A program made the position numbers and the translations under genes. From Octopus sinensis (Eukaryota), in assembly GCF_006345805.1 (NCBI RefSeq), contig NC_043026.1, forward strand, positions 1,674,001 through 1,738,000: a stretch of 64,000 bases of DNA, in the 5' to 3' direction. Shown piece by piece: positions 63,532 through 64,000 of this stretch (its first letter is position 1; each line of letters starts with the position of its first letter). The notes under the pieces are model-generated. The model was not told the origin of the DNA, made no database searches, and saw only the letters and a list, made by a program, of their open reading frames with translations.

Positions 63532-63934
63532 CAACCCCCTTTGCTTGTGAAGACATGTTGGGGCAAGCGAAATCGAAATCGAATTGAACCAGCCAGGATC
63601 CCTGGTCTGGTGGTACGTAAAAAGCACTATCCGACTCGTGGCCGATGCCAGCACCGCCTCGACTGGCTTCCGTGCCGGTGGCACATAAAATACACCAATC
63701 TGACCGTGGCCGTTGCCAGCCCCGCCTGGCACCTGTGCAGGTGGCACGTAAAAAGCACCCACTACACTCACGGAGTGGTTGGCGTTAGGAAGGGCATCCA
63801 GCTGTAGAAACATTGCCAAATTAGACTGGAGCCTGGTGCAGCCTTCTGGCTTCCCAGAACCCCGGTCGAACCGTCCAACCCATGCTAGCATGGAGAACGG
63901 ACGTTAAACGACGATGATGATGATGATGATGAAG
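63508..63934 (+). mobile_element. RTE-family 3' UTR copy with (GAT)n tail
   Basis: Near-consensus copy of the repeat at 38165-38610 and 21430-21860. Confidence 0.85.
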
Positions 63935-64000
63935 ACATTATAACAATTTCGATGAGTGCATAAATGATAAACAGAACGTTATTAAGTATTTTAAAAAACC

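Overview
AT-rich, microsatellite- and retroposon-dense animal genomic DNA. The repeat families look like those of Octopus or another coleoid cephalopod (inference from family resemblance, not a database hit). One host gene is supported: ANAPC7 (APC/C subunit 7) on the minus strand, with 14 GT-AG coding exons from 61705 down to the stop at 22508 (1425 nt, 474 aa plus stop). Its 5' exons lie beyond the window. The rest is mobile DNA: a 4.2-kb Ty3/Gypsy-type LTR element with TSD (1688-5892), Helitron, Tc1/mariner, RTE and CR1-type LINE remnants, several tRNA-derived SINE families, a 1.1-kb tandem duplication and a 3.7-kb array of 40-bp units. Two observations stand out. (1) The window holds a dense set of type I hammerhead-ribozyme motifs of the Penelope-like-element (PLE) kind, mostly in short (TA)n-abutting elements and foldback palindromes. 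The intact cores are antisense to ANAPC7, while the sense-strand intronic copies are mutated or paired with an antisense arm. (2) The primer-binding position of the LTR element is the exact reverse complement of the 5' end (nt 1-12), not the 3' end, of tRNA-Phe, which suggests an unusual priming mechanism. All structures were read by eye. No folding, alignment or database search was run, and repeat boundaries are approximate.
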